A DNA stretch of 63,715 nt, the filler included, from Collodictyon triciliatum (lineage: Eukaryota): the NCBI GenBank assembly GCA_043381765.1. It is 9 parts of 9 records of this genome, joined end to end, with 100 filler letters (N's around TTAATTAATTAA, not from the genome) between each part and the next. Parts side by side here need not be neighbours in the genome. Positions count along the whole stretch, not along the records: positions 8,578 to 17,042 come from JBHJMP010003416.1; positions 17,143 to 25,605 come from JBHJMP010003417.1; positions 25,706 to 30,848 come from JBHJMP010003419.1; 6 more parts are not named here. One strand, written 5' to 3'. The notes beneath the pieces were generated by a model. It had not been told where the DNA came from and did not search any database. It was given only the letters and a program-made list of their open reading frames with translations. Below, in pieces: positions 11,701 to 28,486 of the stretch. The translations under genes and the position numbers were made by a program. Positions within the stretch are counted from its first letter, which is position 1, and every line of letters begins with the position of its first letter.

Positions 11701-14700
11701 AGTAGTTGGACATGATGAATATCTTTAACATTATACGATTAGTCAATTTTCAAAATAAATATTCAATACAAAAAGGTACTATTATCAAGAAAAAATCGAG
11801 TAGGTTCCAATAGTCCCTTAAGTAAGCGCCCTTTCCAAAGAAGAAGCCATTCTACATGTTAAAAAAGTTAATAATAATCAAATCAGAACTGCGTTGAATA
11901 GAGTTTTACCACTATGGCCTTCATTATGGCTTCTCCAATAAAAATGATCAGGCACACACCATCGACCATTTTTAGATCTATGATAGATGCTACATCTGAA
12001 GTATGTAATATAATGTAGATTAAAAAATAACATACTTTCAGACAAGTAATATAAAAAATCAACTATTACATGTGTCATCTTTTAGTATCAACGATAGACA
12101 GCTTATTATTATAACTAATAGCATCATCATATCAAAAATGGGATCTTTAATGATGCGGTATATTATCTAAATATGGTTTAATCTTACTAAAAAAACTATT
12201 ACAGTTAGTTTTCAATTTAATTAAGATAGAATACCTCTACATACTTATATTATAGTAAATTCATCTAAATTTCATACATGCCGTATGTAGTTATGCCTGT
12301 CAAATATTAGCAAAGATCTCCCAATCAATTGATTTGATATGGCTTGCTCTTCATAAAAGTCTTCAATATCTGAATCGACTCCTCCATCAGGAGCATCTGT
12401 GGGTACGATGCTCATGATTTCTTCATTTCTTTCATATTCTTTATTCTCCTACAAGGGATTATTGTAAGTAAAACTTAAATAACAGAATTTATTTTCATTT
12501 ACCTCGGGATTTGGATTGATAAGGGCACTCTCTTTAAGAACTGGTGCGGACCTAATTTCGTAGGCCACACCTTGAACTAATTCGGACTTTATAGTTTTTA
12601 TGATTAGAATAAGTGATTTTTTCGTTTCAAGATAATAAATCAAGTTTAATTGTAGATTCGTTTTATTACCAATTAAATTTTATTTACCAATTCATGGGAA
12701 GGAGCGATAGCGTTTGCCGATTTTTCTTTCATTTTGTAACGAAAACGCCTCATATTATTAGATATGAACATGTACTGCGAAACAACTTTACCAAAATTTT
12801 GGCTAGGGTTGGATTTCTTGTTATTCTCATTTGATTCCATACTATTTTGATTCATATTCGTGAATCCATTTTCCAGCGTTTTATTATCTCCAGTCTCCCT
12901 CTTTGTTTTAGAGTCGGAAGATAATGAAGATTCATCTTTAATATCTTCATTCTTTGTTTGTTTTGAAGATGCTAATGAAAGGAGAGATAATGTTCTTTTC
13001 TTGACAGATTCTGTATTATGTTCTATCTGAGGATATTGTAGCTTCATCTGTTTTAGATCCGTGGTGTTTTTCCCATCATTCATTTTTTCAATGATTTTGT
13101 GAGCTCCTCGAAGTTCCTTATCATCTCTTAAAATTCTGCAAAATTAAAAATAAAATTTAAGTTCTTAGATCAAATTGAAAATTTGGTGATGATTTAAAAT
13201 CACTCATTCCAGGTGGACTCAATTTTCTCCTCTATTTCAACTTCAGCATAAGTGTGAATAATGACAGCCAGCAATAGGTACGATAAGCAATCTATAAAGA
13301 ATTAATTTTATGCACGATGTCGCCGATATAAATTCTAAATTAACATTCTGGTATTTATTAAGATGATGTATACATTTTCCAATCATTATTATTGATACAA
13401 AGTAGAAGAAGGCCCCATAATTTGTTTGGTTCATGACCTCATATGCCATTTCTGTCCATCCAAAGGAAAAAAATATCTGATGATAAGTTAACATCTTTTT
13501 ATAGAAAAAAACACGCTGTTATTTAATTTGCGCAAATTGAATGAAAAAATTAAGAAAAAAAAATTAAATGAAAAAAAATTCATACTTGAAGTACGGAGAG
13601 AATAGAATCTGGGAAATTTGAAAAGCTCAATCTATATGCATCGGTTGTGACTGTAACTGTTTCAAAGTACTGAACTCCGATAAGAGCAAATATGCTCTAA
13701 TTTATTTTGAGAAATTCAAATTGGACTAGTGTTGGAGTATTAAACTATTTTCAACTATATTATTGCATAACTAAATTTACCATGAAAAATAGAACTATTA
13801 GACCCATGGATAAAACGCTGAAAAAATTCTTGGCCATGACTTTAGCAACCAAACGGATGAATATGAACCTCCTTTTCATGATGCATTATTTAAAAAATCA
13901 CATTTATGGTTCAATTTTTCTATAATAATAATATCAGATAAGTAACTTTTTGTGATATATGAGTAATTAATTTAGAAAATTACGTTGATAGATTCATGGT
14001 TCCTATAATTGATATTAATCTAAAAACTCTCAATGAAGCCACATTAATTTGTCCATATTTGATTATTTCTACGATGGTCATAGCTGTTATGAAAACATCC
14101 ATAACGTTTTCCTGAAGATTTATTTGATAATTAGATGAAAATGAAAAAATTGTCTTGTTTCGATTTCTTACACAAATATTACAATAAATGTAACATTATA
14201 ATTAATTTTATTACGTAATTTTTAGAAAACTTATCAGGACCAACAGCGACAAACTTTACAGCAGACATCAGGATGAACAAAAAAGTGGTCCCAAATTTCA
14301 TATAATCTGTTTATTGGTTTACTTCCAATAAAAACTTACGAATGAACCAGTAGAATTACACATTGAAAAATTAGAGAGAATTACCAGATAAAGAGCCCAT
14401 GAAATTCTCGTTAATGACTGTCAGAGACAAAACAAAAAGGGTGAAGAGTATTGAAACCCATTCGAATAAAATCCAAAAATAACTCGTAACCATCTGTGAG
14501 TACACCAGGTTAAGTAAATAATTCACAAACATATTTTCAATTGATTCTAATGACCAATATTCTACATGAAGAGACTTTTAAACCTTAAAAGAGATAATCG
14601 ACCAGTTTTTCTCCTTCCAAGGCTTCGGTTGACAGTCCAAACTACATTCAAAATTTTGTGAATTATTGTGTTTTCTTTTTATTATGATATTTAATCCATT

Positions 14701-16947
14701 TTTTTTAGCAAACCTGAGTAAGTGTGATAAACACCTCTCATATTCGGCTGTTATGATGGAAATTTTGATTATTCCAATAATTAGGCTTCGAATTTATGCG
14801 TTAAATAACGAGATGTCACATAATATAAAAAATAATTGTTTTTATAAATTTAAAATGAGCCAAATGTTACTTGGTTTCTTTTGGTTTTCATATGAGTGAT
14901 ACATGATAACGAGTATGATATTCTGTAAGAAAAATGCTGTTGAAATCAATAGCATGATAAAAAATGCTGTTGCCACTAGAGGATATCGGTCTGATGTCTA
15001 AAGTGGTTGATATATTCGGAATGATTAGCATTATTTTAGAAAATGACACAAATGTTTTTCGAAGAATAAAGGAAGGCACCTGATACATTATTGTGCTCCA
15101 GTTGTCCAGAGATGCTACGCGAGATATTGTAGCAAAAGTAGACGAAGGGGATTGAAATCCTACAAATCCATAGTTTGGCAACTTATCTGTTTTCATGCAT
15201 TCATATCCTAGGGTTGAAAATTGAAGCAAAAAATGTGCAAATGAATTAGTGTATAATGAGAGCCTGTTTCATTTTTCGTTGCATAAAAGTAAAATAACTT
15301 TTTGAAATGAAAATTATTAATATTCCACCTATAGAGGTTTTTTTTTTGGAATTAACATATTACCATATGGACATTTTCTAGCATACAATAGATCTCCACA
15401 TCCATATTCCATTGAATAAATATCGCCTTTGGATGACCAGTGTGATAAGTATAAAAAAGACTTAATTTCATGAGTAAATTATTCAGGTACCTTTATTGAT
15501 ATCAATGCATCGAAAAAGAAATGCATCTTCAAACATCAAAGATGCAGTGATGGAAAAACATCCAACAATTGTGATTATTATAATCCAGAACGACACAAGC
15601 ATATGAAAGGACCTAAAAATTGCTTCCAGTAGCCAATTGAACCCCTTCATTTAAAGTTAATAATTCCAAGTCAATATTATGTAGCGAAGTGAAAGATACT
15701 TTCTATCTTCAATAACTTTTTAAAAATGTTATCATTAATATCATTTTCACTGTAGAAAAAAATACTTTGACTTTCCCAATCACCCTTAGTGGTCTTAATA
15801 GTCGAAAAAGTTTTACAAAAGACATTCCTTTTAGCCCATGGACATACTCTAGGGAACTAATTTTAAAAATTAAGTTTATAATTAATTATAAGTCTATCCT
15901 TTATTTTATGATATCTGTGAATGCATAAAAGAAAAAATAAATCAGACCTCCCCAAGAGAATCAGAAACTCAAAAACATTCCACGGCTGTCTTAGATACGC
16001 CTTTTTGCCCATTAAAAGTGAGTCGGCAATGGACTTCATTATTGCCTCGACAGTAAAGATTGCGAAGAACAGAGCATCCAACTTTCGAAATGCATAAATT
16101 CATATTAAAATTTTGATTCATCTGAGTTTTGATTTACAATTTGAATTCTAAATAACTGTTGTGAAGCCTGATTGAAGAGATTAGGGAGGTTAATGTATAT
16201 ACTTTGTCCAGTATGACCATCATTTCTTTTGATTTCTCTGTGTTTGTATAGATAGCCACCAAGAAAGAAAAATTAAACGCTAAAATGACACTCATACTGA
16301 CATCGAACCATCTATTAATTGTCTACGATTATTTTTTTCTGGGGAATAGTTGGAAAATGATTTCATAATCATTAATAAGTAAACGTATCGCTGATTCGAA
16401 GAATTAACCATACCGACTTTTAACGACTTTGTTGGAATAATAGCGAACGGCATTTCTACCACTGAACACTTTAAATGACTTTCCAGTGAGGATCTGAAAA
16501 TATTGAATGCCGTATATTTAACATTCGTCGATATCAGACAAAAAAAAATAATCGATTTCACATTTGTATGCTATTTATTATCAACCTTTCTATTCTTTTC
16601 CTCTAATTCTCTTTCTTCCCTCTGGCTTTCGAATTCTTCACGTTCTTGTAAAATATCATGCAGCCCGGCGCGCTTGAGGACGTATTTTTCAAACGGTGGT
16701 TTCTCCCCAGGATTCTCGAGGTGCTGCATCGCAATCTTTTCATCTCTGTGTGCGGCAACTGTGGGCTTCTTTGCTCCCTCGACAGGTACAATTTTCCCTT
16801 AAATGGAAATTACGCAGAAAATTGTAAATGAGCCGTGATGCCAAATATGGAATCATAGTGGTGACGCAATCTGGAGACGTTTTTGGAAGGTTCCGAGCAG
16901 GCGATCGGTTTTGCTGTCGACTTGCGCAGCTTACCCACAAGGTGCAT
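8783..16947 (-). CDS. Four-domain voltage-gated Na+/Ca2+ channel alpha subunit-like (many exons; both ends approximate)
   Basis: DI: YLRQPWNVFEF, S4 KLFRLLRPLRVI, pore RVASLDNWSTIMY. DII: pore FSNFPDSILSVLQIFFSFGWTEMAY. DIII: YLRDYWNLLDF, pore YNFDDF...LSMREDWLEVMY. DIV: S4 RMLRLFRFVRLFRL, pore HANFSNF...LLRVMTFDRWDEI, then S6 ending LNIYNAIFLDNY. Confidence 0.93.
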
Positions 16948-17524
16948 GGGACATTAAGACAGGAACAAACACAAACACAAATTGAAAAATTCTGGAGAGA
17001 AGGGAAAAAAAAGGAGGAAAAGAAAGAGAAAAAGAAGGAAAANNNNNNNNNNNNNNNNNNNNNNNNNNNNNNNNNNNNNNNNNNNNTTAATTAATTAANN
17101 NNNNNNNNNNNNNNNNNNNNNNNNNNNNNNNNNNNNNNNNNNTGTTTGTTTGTTTGTTTATTTGCTTGTTGTTTGTTGTTTTTTGTTTGTTGTTTTTTGT
17201 TTGTTGTTTTTTGTTTGTTGTTTGTTGCTTTTGCCCTTTCTATCGTCCTTTTGCCAATTTTCCTTCTCTCTTTGGTTTTTTTATTTTATTTTGTTTTGTT
17301 TGTTTCGTTTTCAGTTTTCAGTTTTCAGTTTTTTGTTTTTCGTTTGTTGTTTTTTAGTTTTCAGTTTTCAGTTTCTAGTTTTTTGTTTATTGTTTTTTAA
17401 GTTTTCAGTTTTTCCTTTTCCAAATCATTCATATTTTTCTTTTCAAGAGTTAGAGTGAAAGTTGCCGCACACCGAACTAGCAGCCAAGAGTAAATAGAAC
17501 GCGACGGAAACTTCCAAAGCCCCG

Positions 17525-20500
17525 ATGTCGAACATGTCTGCAAAGACGAAAAAAGGTCGTTCGGTTCGGGATTCTGCTGTGTTGAAGGATCCATCTTTGC
17601 CAAAGGTTATACTCGGAATGGTTCAAAGGGACTATGGTCCGAACATGAACATTAAGAATATTTCTCTTTTATGCCTCATATCCAGCATCTTAGATGATGA
17701 GAACAAGAGCATATATCCTCTGAAGGCCCGCTATGTCTATTTTCCCCATGACATAATGCGATCATGGTTGAAACACACCAACTTATCCTTCGGAAAGATA
17801 GGTATTTGTACGAAGCCTATTTTATCCTTATCTGTTAGAGCCACCTTTCAATTTTCAAAAAAGAAGGGAAAGGCGTTAACGTCTTATCCTATGACCATAT
17901 ATTCGTGATATATTTTATCTGTGTTGCTGTATTTCTCCCTTTGCCTTCAGTATTTTCATTTATTTTCAGATATCCACAGTCAAATAATGCCCTTTTATCT
18001 CCCATGCCCCATTCCTATGCAGTTGCCCCGTCGAAAGAAGGAAATGCTAGCACTACACATGATGATACGCAAATGTCATTCAACGACATCACTTATGAAA
18101 GAATGATTTTGACAATATCATCACGGAGCTTATATGGAAGGCAAGAAATCAGTAAATTGAAACGGAAATATCCAAATAGTGTCCAAAACGCTTTATTTAT
18201 CGACATTAGAGATTTATCGTATTTTATCGGGAAATCAGCACGCAAAGTCTTGCATAGATTCAACAAGTTTGGTCATGAAACATACTCAATCCATCACTTT
18301 AAACCAAAGTGTATGCCTTATTTGTTCAATGTATGCTATCTGTGCAGCATAAAATTGGAGAATCTAGTGATAGTCCAAGTAAATAATATCGATGAAACAC
18401 CTCCTTGCCCCTTCGATGGTTTAAGGAGCTTTCACAATGAAATATCGATATTTGACCACATGTCCTACCCTACCATTGAGAAATTCGAAGAAATGTATGC
18501 GTCAGTCTATAAGTCTCTTGGTAAGGCAGAAGTAGATGGCACTGTGTCATGTTCATCCATTGAAGGAAATAGAGTTCCCTCTAATATACCCAGAACCGAA
18601 GATGTTATGTTCGATACATCATCGAATGCACCACAAAAAGAAGGCGTAGACGTAAATCTACCACCAACTGAATCACACCAAGTTGGCCAAGAAGAAAGTA
18701 TTAAAATGAAGTCTAAATCAAAAACGAACACAAATAGTCCAAGGGAGATGAATTTGGATACAACCTCAAGTCACTCAGGAACATCAGCAATATATGGCCC
18801 ATCATCAAGGAGGAATTCTGAAAGAAGTGAAAGTTTTTTCATGTTATCTATTGAAAAATTTAATGAATATTCTTTCTTTGTTTTTTTTATTTTAAAAAAA
18901 TGTCTAATGATTATATCAAATTGTGCTTGCTTTCAAATATGCATTTCAAAGAAAATTATCTTATGCAGGCAGAGATACAAGAAAAGTGTATGATCCATCG
19001 ACTTTTCTAAATGATAATGGAGCGCAGCATCTTGTAGGACCCACCGATGAAGATATTCAACAAAATCACCAAAACGAAATTTCCTCTTCTTTGACAGACC
19101 ATCACTGCAGCAGCGAGGAATTATTGACCGATAATATAGGTAAAGATGATCCAAATCAAGCAAATACTCATTTATGTTGCCTCACCTATGAAAAATATTA
19201 CCTATGATTGTGCCATTGGGGTCGGACTGTCCATAATGAACGAACTTGTCCAGATAAAGAAAAATCCCAGACTTCTTCCAGTCTCATGGAGTTAAGAGGT
19301 GTAGCTGGTGAGTGCGAACTACCGAATCCGGATACATCTCTTCATTTTGTTGAACAAAACAACTCTGGGAACATCCCAAATAAAGAAGCCATCAATGAAA
19401 AAGGAACAGCTGGGGCACCAAATCAAACTCGAAATGAAGCGCAACCGTCCACATATTCTGATGCTCCATCGACCTTAGATATAGATAAGGATATTGAATG
19501 TAAGTCATTTAGGTGATTTTTTTCGTAATATTTATTCATATCCGATTTAAATTAGTAAATTACTCATTTATGAATCTGATTATGAGTGGTCACTAAATCC
19601 AATATATGCTTAAGACGCAGCTCCCATGGCTTGCTGCGTAATGGTACAATTATCTCCAATGTCTGATGTCGATTCATTCCTCGATGACAACCTTGACATG
19701 TTGCTTTCTTCCAGAACCAGCGATAACAAGTCTCTGAATGAAATGTCCCACAGAGATCCTTTCACTTATCTCCAGGAAATTCTAGGGGTTGCTCACGAGG
19801 TTGAAAAAGTCAGTCAATACGAAAACAGAATCGGAGATGAAAACAGAGATACATTTGTAGATGACATATTAAATGAAATCGGACTTGGACTTGAGGATGC
19901 AGATAATGTTGAAAACGAAGTTGGAAATAGAAATGAAAGCGAAATTCTAGATATACTGGCAAACGAAGAACTCAATGAAATTGTACTTCAGGATGCAGAT
20001 AATGATGGAAACGAAGTTGGAAATAGAAATGGAAGCGAAATTCCAGGTATACTGGCAAACGAAGAACTCAATGAAATTGTACTTCAGGATGCAGATAATG
20101 TTGAAAACAAAGTTGGAAGTAGAAATGACAGCGAAATTCCAGGTATACTGGCAAATGAAGAACTCAATGAAATTGTACTTCAGGATGCAGATAATGTTGA
20201 AAACGAAGTTGGAAATAGAAATGGAAGCGAAATTCTAGGTATACTGGCAAACGAAGAACTCAATGAAGGTGGAGTTGGAATTGAAAATCTTGATGACACT
20301 CCTCATGGGAAAAGGAAACGACTTTTTCTTCCCCAAAAGATTGCCAACTCTTATATTCAGCCCTCAGTTGGCGATATTTCACCCAGTCAGACAGAGCAAC
20401 ATTTCGAAGAACCTACCGCTAAAGTACAGAAAACGACACAATTTTCAGACACAAAATCCGTTCAAACTATTCAGGGTATGGACGCAAATGAATCACATGT

Positions 20501-20969
20501 AGTGCAATCTTCAGAAAGCAGTTCATCGAGAATAGGAAATGAAATGATGCATTCACTTGCCACGCAAAGTCACGATTCTATGGAAAACACAACCTTAAAC
20601 AAATACTCCACTTTTCGAATGTGGAATCCAAGAGAGAATCCTGCAATCTTGGAGCTGACACAAAACATCAGTACTGCGCCAGAAAAGATTACGGTTTTGG
20701 AGCGTATAGTTTTCCCAGCTATCATATCATATCTGTCTAGATGCACAGAGGCACAAACTGAACATGATATAATAGAAGTTCTCTCTCGGAAAATAAATGC
20801 TGATTCACAAATATTCTTATCAAATGCCGTTTACAATGTCCTCGGCTCCGGATTTTGTGGGAATCATCATAAAAACTGCCCCTCACTTCAGCGGAGTCAA
20901 TGGTCATCCTCAGGCGATGATACATTTTTATGGAAGTACAGCATTATTGACGAATATACGGCACCCTGA
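17525..20969 (+). CDS. Hypothetical protein with long exons and internal acidic 32-aa repeats
   Basis: Consecutive long + strand ORFs (17525-, 17905-, 18923-/19208-, 19626-20969) separated by AT-rich intron-like tracts. No recognisable domain; junctions not fully resolved. Confidence 0.55.
19896..20267 (+). repeat. 96-bp coding tandem repeat, about 3.9 copies (DADNVENEVGNRNxSEIxGILANEELNEIVLQ)
   Basis: Unit starts GATGCAGATAATG at 19896, 19992, 20088 and 20184. Confidence 0.95.
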
Positions 20970-21430
20970 AGAAAAAAAAAACTATCAGATTGAAACTATT
21001 CTATCCTCCCTTTTCTCCTCATTGGTCAGACACTTTGATCCCTTATGTATCACCAAAAAATATATATATATTTTGATCGAATTACGTTCTGTTACAAATA
21101 AATAAATAAATAAAGTCAGTTATAGACACCTTACACTTTCAATTATAGTTCTGAGTGCACAATAAATATACACAATACAATTGCACGTTTTCCAAATACG
21201 ATGATGGGAGTAGAAAAACGAAATCTTATTACAATGTCCTCATAGTATTTATGTATTGCTTTTATTCATATTATTTATCGTTGTGATTAAACAACTGAAA
21301 TTAGTAAAATGTCTGCAGAGCGTGGTGCCATGATAATACCGAGTATTGTCGAAAACTGCATGTAACGTGATTGTTATTATCTCAGCAAGAGTTGCATAGC
21401 CAAATGCGAAAGAGTTTCAATTCATGTTAC

Positions 21431-25400
<3,970 letters not shown>

Positions 25401-25530
25401 CCTAAGTGTTGTGGTTGAGTAGGTGTTTTGCATGATTCTTGATTTTCTTGAGAATTATCAGATAAAAGGCATGATTGTGGGAAATGCTTGAAAGATATTA
25501 AGGTAAATGATAAAGGTATCAATAGCCCTC

Positions 25531-25580
<50 letters not shown>

Positions 25581-25705
25581 AAAAAAAAAAAAAAAAAAAA
25601 AAAAANNNNNNNNNNNNNNNNNNNNNNNNNNNNNNNNNNNNNNNNNNNNTTAATTAATTAANNNNNNNNNNNNNNNNNNNNNNNNNNNNNNNNNNNNNNN
25701 NNNNN

Positions 25706-25805
25706 GGTTGGTTTTTGGTTGGTTTTTGGTTGGTTTTTGGTTGGTTTTTGGTTGGTTTTTGGTTGGTTTTTGGTTGGTTTTTGGTTGGTTTTTGGTTGGT
25801 TTTTA
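25706..25805. repeat. (GGTTGGTTTTT)n 11-mer tandem repeat at a contig end, inside a CLC intron
   Basis: Direct reading, about 9 copies. Confidence 0.9.
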
Positions 25806-25932
25806 GTCGTGATTCAAAATGCATATGAATATCACAAGTTAAATATCATATGCCGCATAATCATACTTATATAATCTGGATATAATTATGAATAGTATAT
25901 GGCTCATATTCAAATGATAAATTTTTGCATAC

Positions 25933-27824
25933 CAATCCTATACACTTGATAAACAATGTCCATCCACCGAGATATCCTTTCATCACAAAGCCACCAAGAA
26001 TCACCTTGATTTCAGGAATCCCACTGCCAGCAGCGGATTGGCAAAATATTTTAATAATCCAAGCACAGACGCCAGCTGCAATCATCTATGTATATAATGA
26101 CGTATGATTAATCGACCATTCTTTTCAACATCCACTTCTGTATAAAAATAGGATACACTTGTACGTATAAGAATTAATTTTTCATTTGTAGACATCTTCG
26201 AAACAAATACTAGTAGGTAAAGCACATTGCATACTGATATAAGTATGAAGAAGAAGTAGTTAATAAAGTCTCCAGTTTTTGTTGAGGAGAAGAATATGTC
26301 TCCCCAGTCTGTCCACGCTGTGCAATTTTCCTCTAGTATTATTTGCATTAGCACCTACTCCCTATTCCTCATCTTAATAATACAAGGGAAATGAAGTCTC
26401 TAATAGTATGAGCCGGAGGAGAACAGTGATATGTATATCGGTTATTTCAATGGCAAATCGAACCTAAAGAATGCTCTAGACAACATATATTTCTTGAAAT
26501 CCAGAAACCATAGCTGCAGTAACCAAATCGAATGTATGAGACCCATTCAGTCCCAAGGTCGATACATCCAGATATGAGTCCGGTAAATATTCCTAAAAGT
26601 AGTGATGGAGATGGAAAGAATACCTGTTAAAAAAAAAAGATAAGGAGAGAGTGTATTGTTCCAGTACTTGAAAGATACTACCAGCAGAATATTTTATCAC
26701 CGCAATCAAGCTATTCAGGGGGAAATGTAGGTTTGGAGAAAGGGAGAAGGAGGACCTGTCAGAAATACAACAATCCATCCTTGTGCCGCATCGTATGCTT
26801 TCCAAAGTATGCGCAAATTATTATTTTCTAACTAGATTATGCGCGTAAGGTAATTCAGTACACGAATAGAAAAATGCAATCATATCTTGTCCGTATGACT
26901 AATGATAATTTCTCTTTCTATTCTAACGTCAGGTTGGAATGATTGTTTGAAAGCGAGATGTAAGTATTGATTGAATATGATAATCGTTTTAGTGATTCTT
27001 TCTTGCAGACAAATGATTTACTTGCTGTTCCAGAGATATCTTCCTGTCAACTTCTTTTGAAGTATCATACATCCAGTCTAATTATATATATATATATATA
27101 TATTCGTGTTAGAAGCGTCATAGACTACCCGTATGAAGTGAATTATTTGGTATTAATGATTTAGATCATGTAGCTACCTATAGTTGGAAGATCTTTGGAT
27201 ATTTTAGCTTGCTCAGCCAGTCTCTGTTGCTGCTTTTTGGCATACCAATCATCACTGCTTGGAAGAGTTCCAGAGCGCTGGCGAATCAACTATCATTTTA
27301 GGGCACTATTAGATTTATGAAAAGGTTGGAAATATTAGATAGAAGGATAAGATATAAATGACAACTACGTATACCTCATTATCATTTTCGATTCGAGCAC
27401 TCATAGAAGCCTAAAATAAGAACTTGTTTATGTTTCAATCACAGGCTTTATTCTAGATAAAAAAAAAAGTGATAATCTTTAGAAACCTAAAAAAATGAAC
27501 ATATATGAATTATATTATGGTTCATCCTGAACAATTCCGTGAGGTGAAGTATATGGTTGGATTTGTTGAAACAAACTGTTCGTGACTTAGTCGTCCGTCT
27601 GTGGTATATAAATTTTTATTGTAATTGTATTGCATTGAGTTATGAATTTACTGAAAGTTACAGTTTACAACAGTTGGATGCAAAGCTTTTGGCAACCTAT
27701 CAAGGCCCATGGACTCAATGACGTGCGAAAAGGGGGAGCTATGGGATTGTGTTGGGGCTTCGTCAATCTCGATCAGCAGGGGTTGCATTTCAGCCTCATC
27801 CGTTTCTTTAAATGTATTAGCCAT
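25933..27824 (-). CDS. CLC chloride channel/2Cl-/H+ exchanger, ClC-3/4/5/Gef1-like (3'-partial; start approximate)
   Basis: AAGSGIPEIKVILGGFVMKGYLGGWTLFIKCIGL signature, preceded by WVSYIRFGYCSYGFWISRNICC and CTAWTDW. Probable first exon MANTFKETDEAEMQPLLI contains an ExxxLL sorting-type motif. Confidence 0.9.
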
Positions 27825-27984
27825 GACCCTACTGGTTTGCCTCTATGGGGTTAGCAAGGTTGCATTCACGAGAAAAAAAATATCACGAAAATGTGGCGGT
27901 GGAGTTAATGGATCTTCAAGCAACGGGAACACCCGGCTTTTCTTCTTTTCTTTTTTGTGTGTCTATGTGTGCTTTTTGTGCTTT

Positions 27985-28095
27985 GTGGTGTGTTTTATGG
28001 TGTGTTTTATGGTGTGTTTTATGGTGTGTTTTATGGTGTGTTTTATGGTGTGTTTTATGGTGTGTTTTATGGTGTGTTTTATGGTGTGTTTTATG
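27985..28095. repeat. (GGTGTGTTTTAT)n 12-mer tandem repeat in a divergent intergenic region
   Basis: Direct reading, about 9 copies. Confidence 0.9.
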
Positions 28096-28486
28096 TTTTG
28101 TGTGCCAGCGATTTATCGGAAATGGATTTAGTTGTTCATACCTAAATAAGTATGACTGCTATATTTGGTTTCTCTGCCTTGTGTCTTACCTTGTCGGTGG
28201 ATTCCTTCGACGCCAGTGACCGCGCACCTTAAACTGATTGATTATAAATATCACTGACATTATAAATATTTTCTATATATTCTCAATAATAATTTTATGT
28301 ATAGCAGGTAGCCATCTGATGGGGTGAGACCTATGTTACACGCAATAAAATATAATGTAGATACGTGAATTTAGTCGTTCTGCGCTAAATGAGTTTGTCG
28401 AACGAGAAAACACACTTCCTTGTGTTAAAGAGCACTTTATTTCAAAGAAATTGATTTAAACTCTCATTTTCTTCTTAAAAGTTCAA

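Noticed and set aside
8783-16947. Possible U12/AT-AC introns, which are known in animal Nav/Cav genes
   Set aside because: The junctions I resolved are GT-AG, with no RTATCCTT donor at an exon boundary.
16740-16955. Metallothionein-like peptide MSHAPCGENCTC... in an alternative frame
   Set aside because: The other frame splices cleanly (NRK|ILTGKSF) into the channel N-terminus.
19896-20267. CRISPR-like periodicity
   Set aside because: Contiguous in-frame coding repeats with no unique spacers and no cas genes.
25706-25805. Telomere-like (GGTTGGTTTTT)n at a contig end
   Set aside because: It follows an internal CLC exon, so it is intronic, and other contig ends carry unrelated microsatellites.
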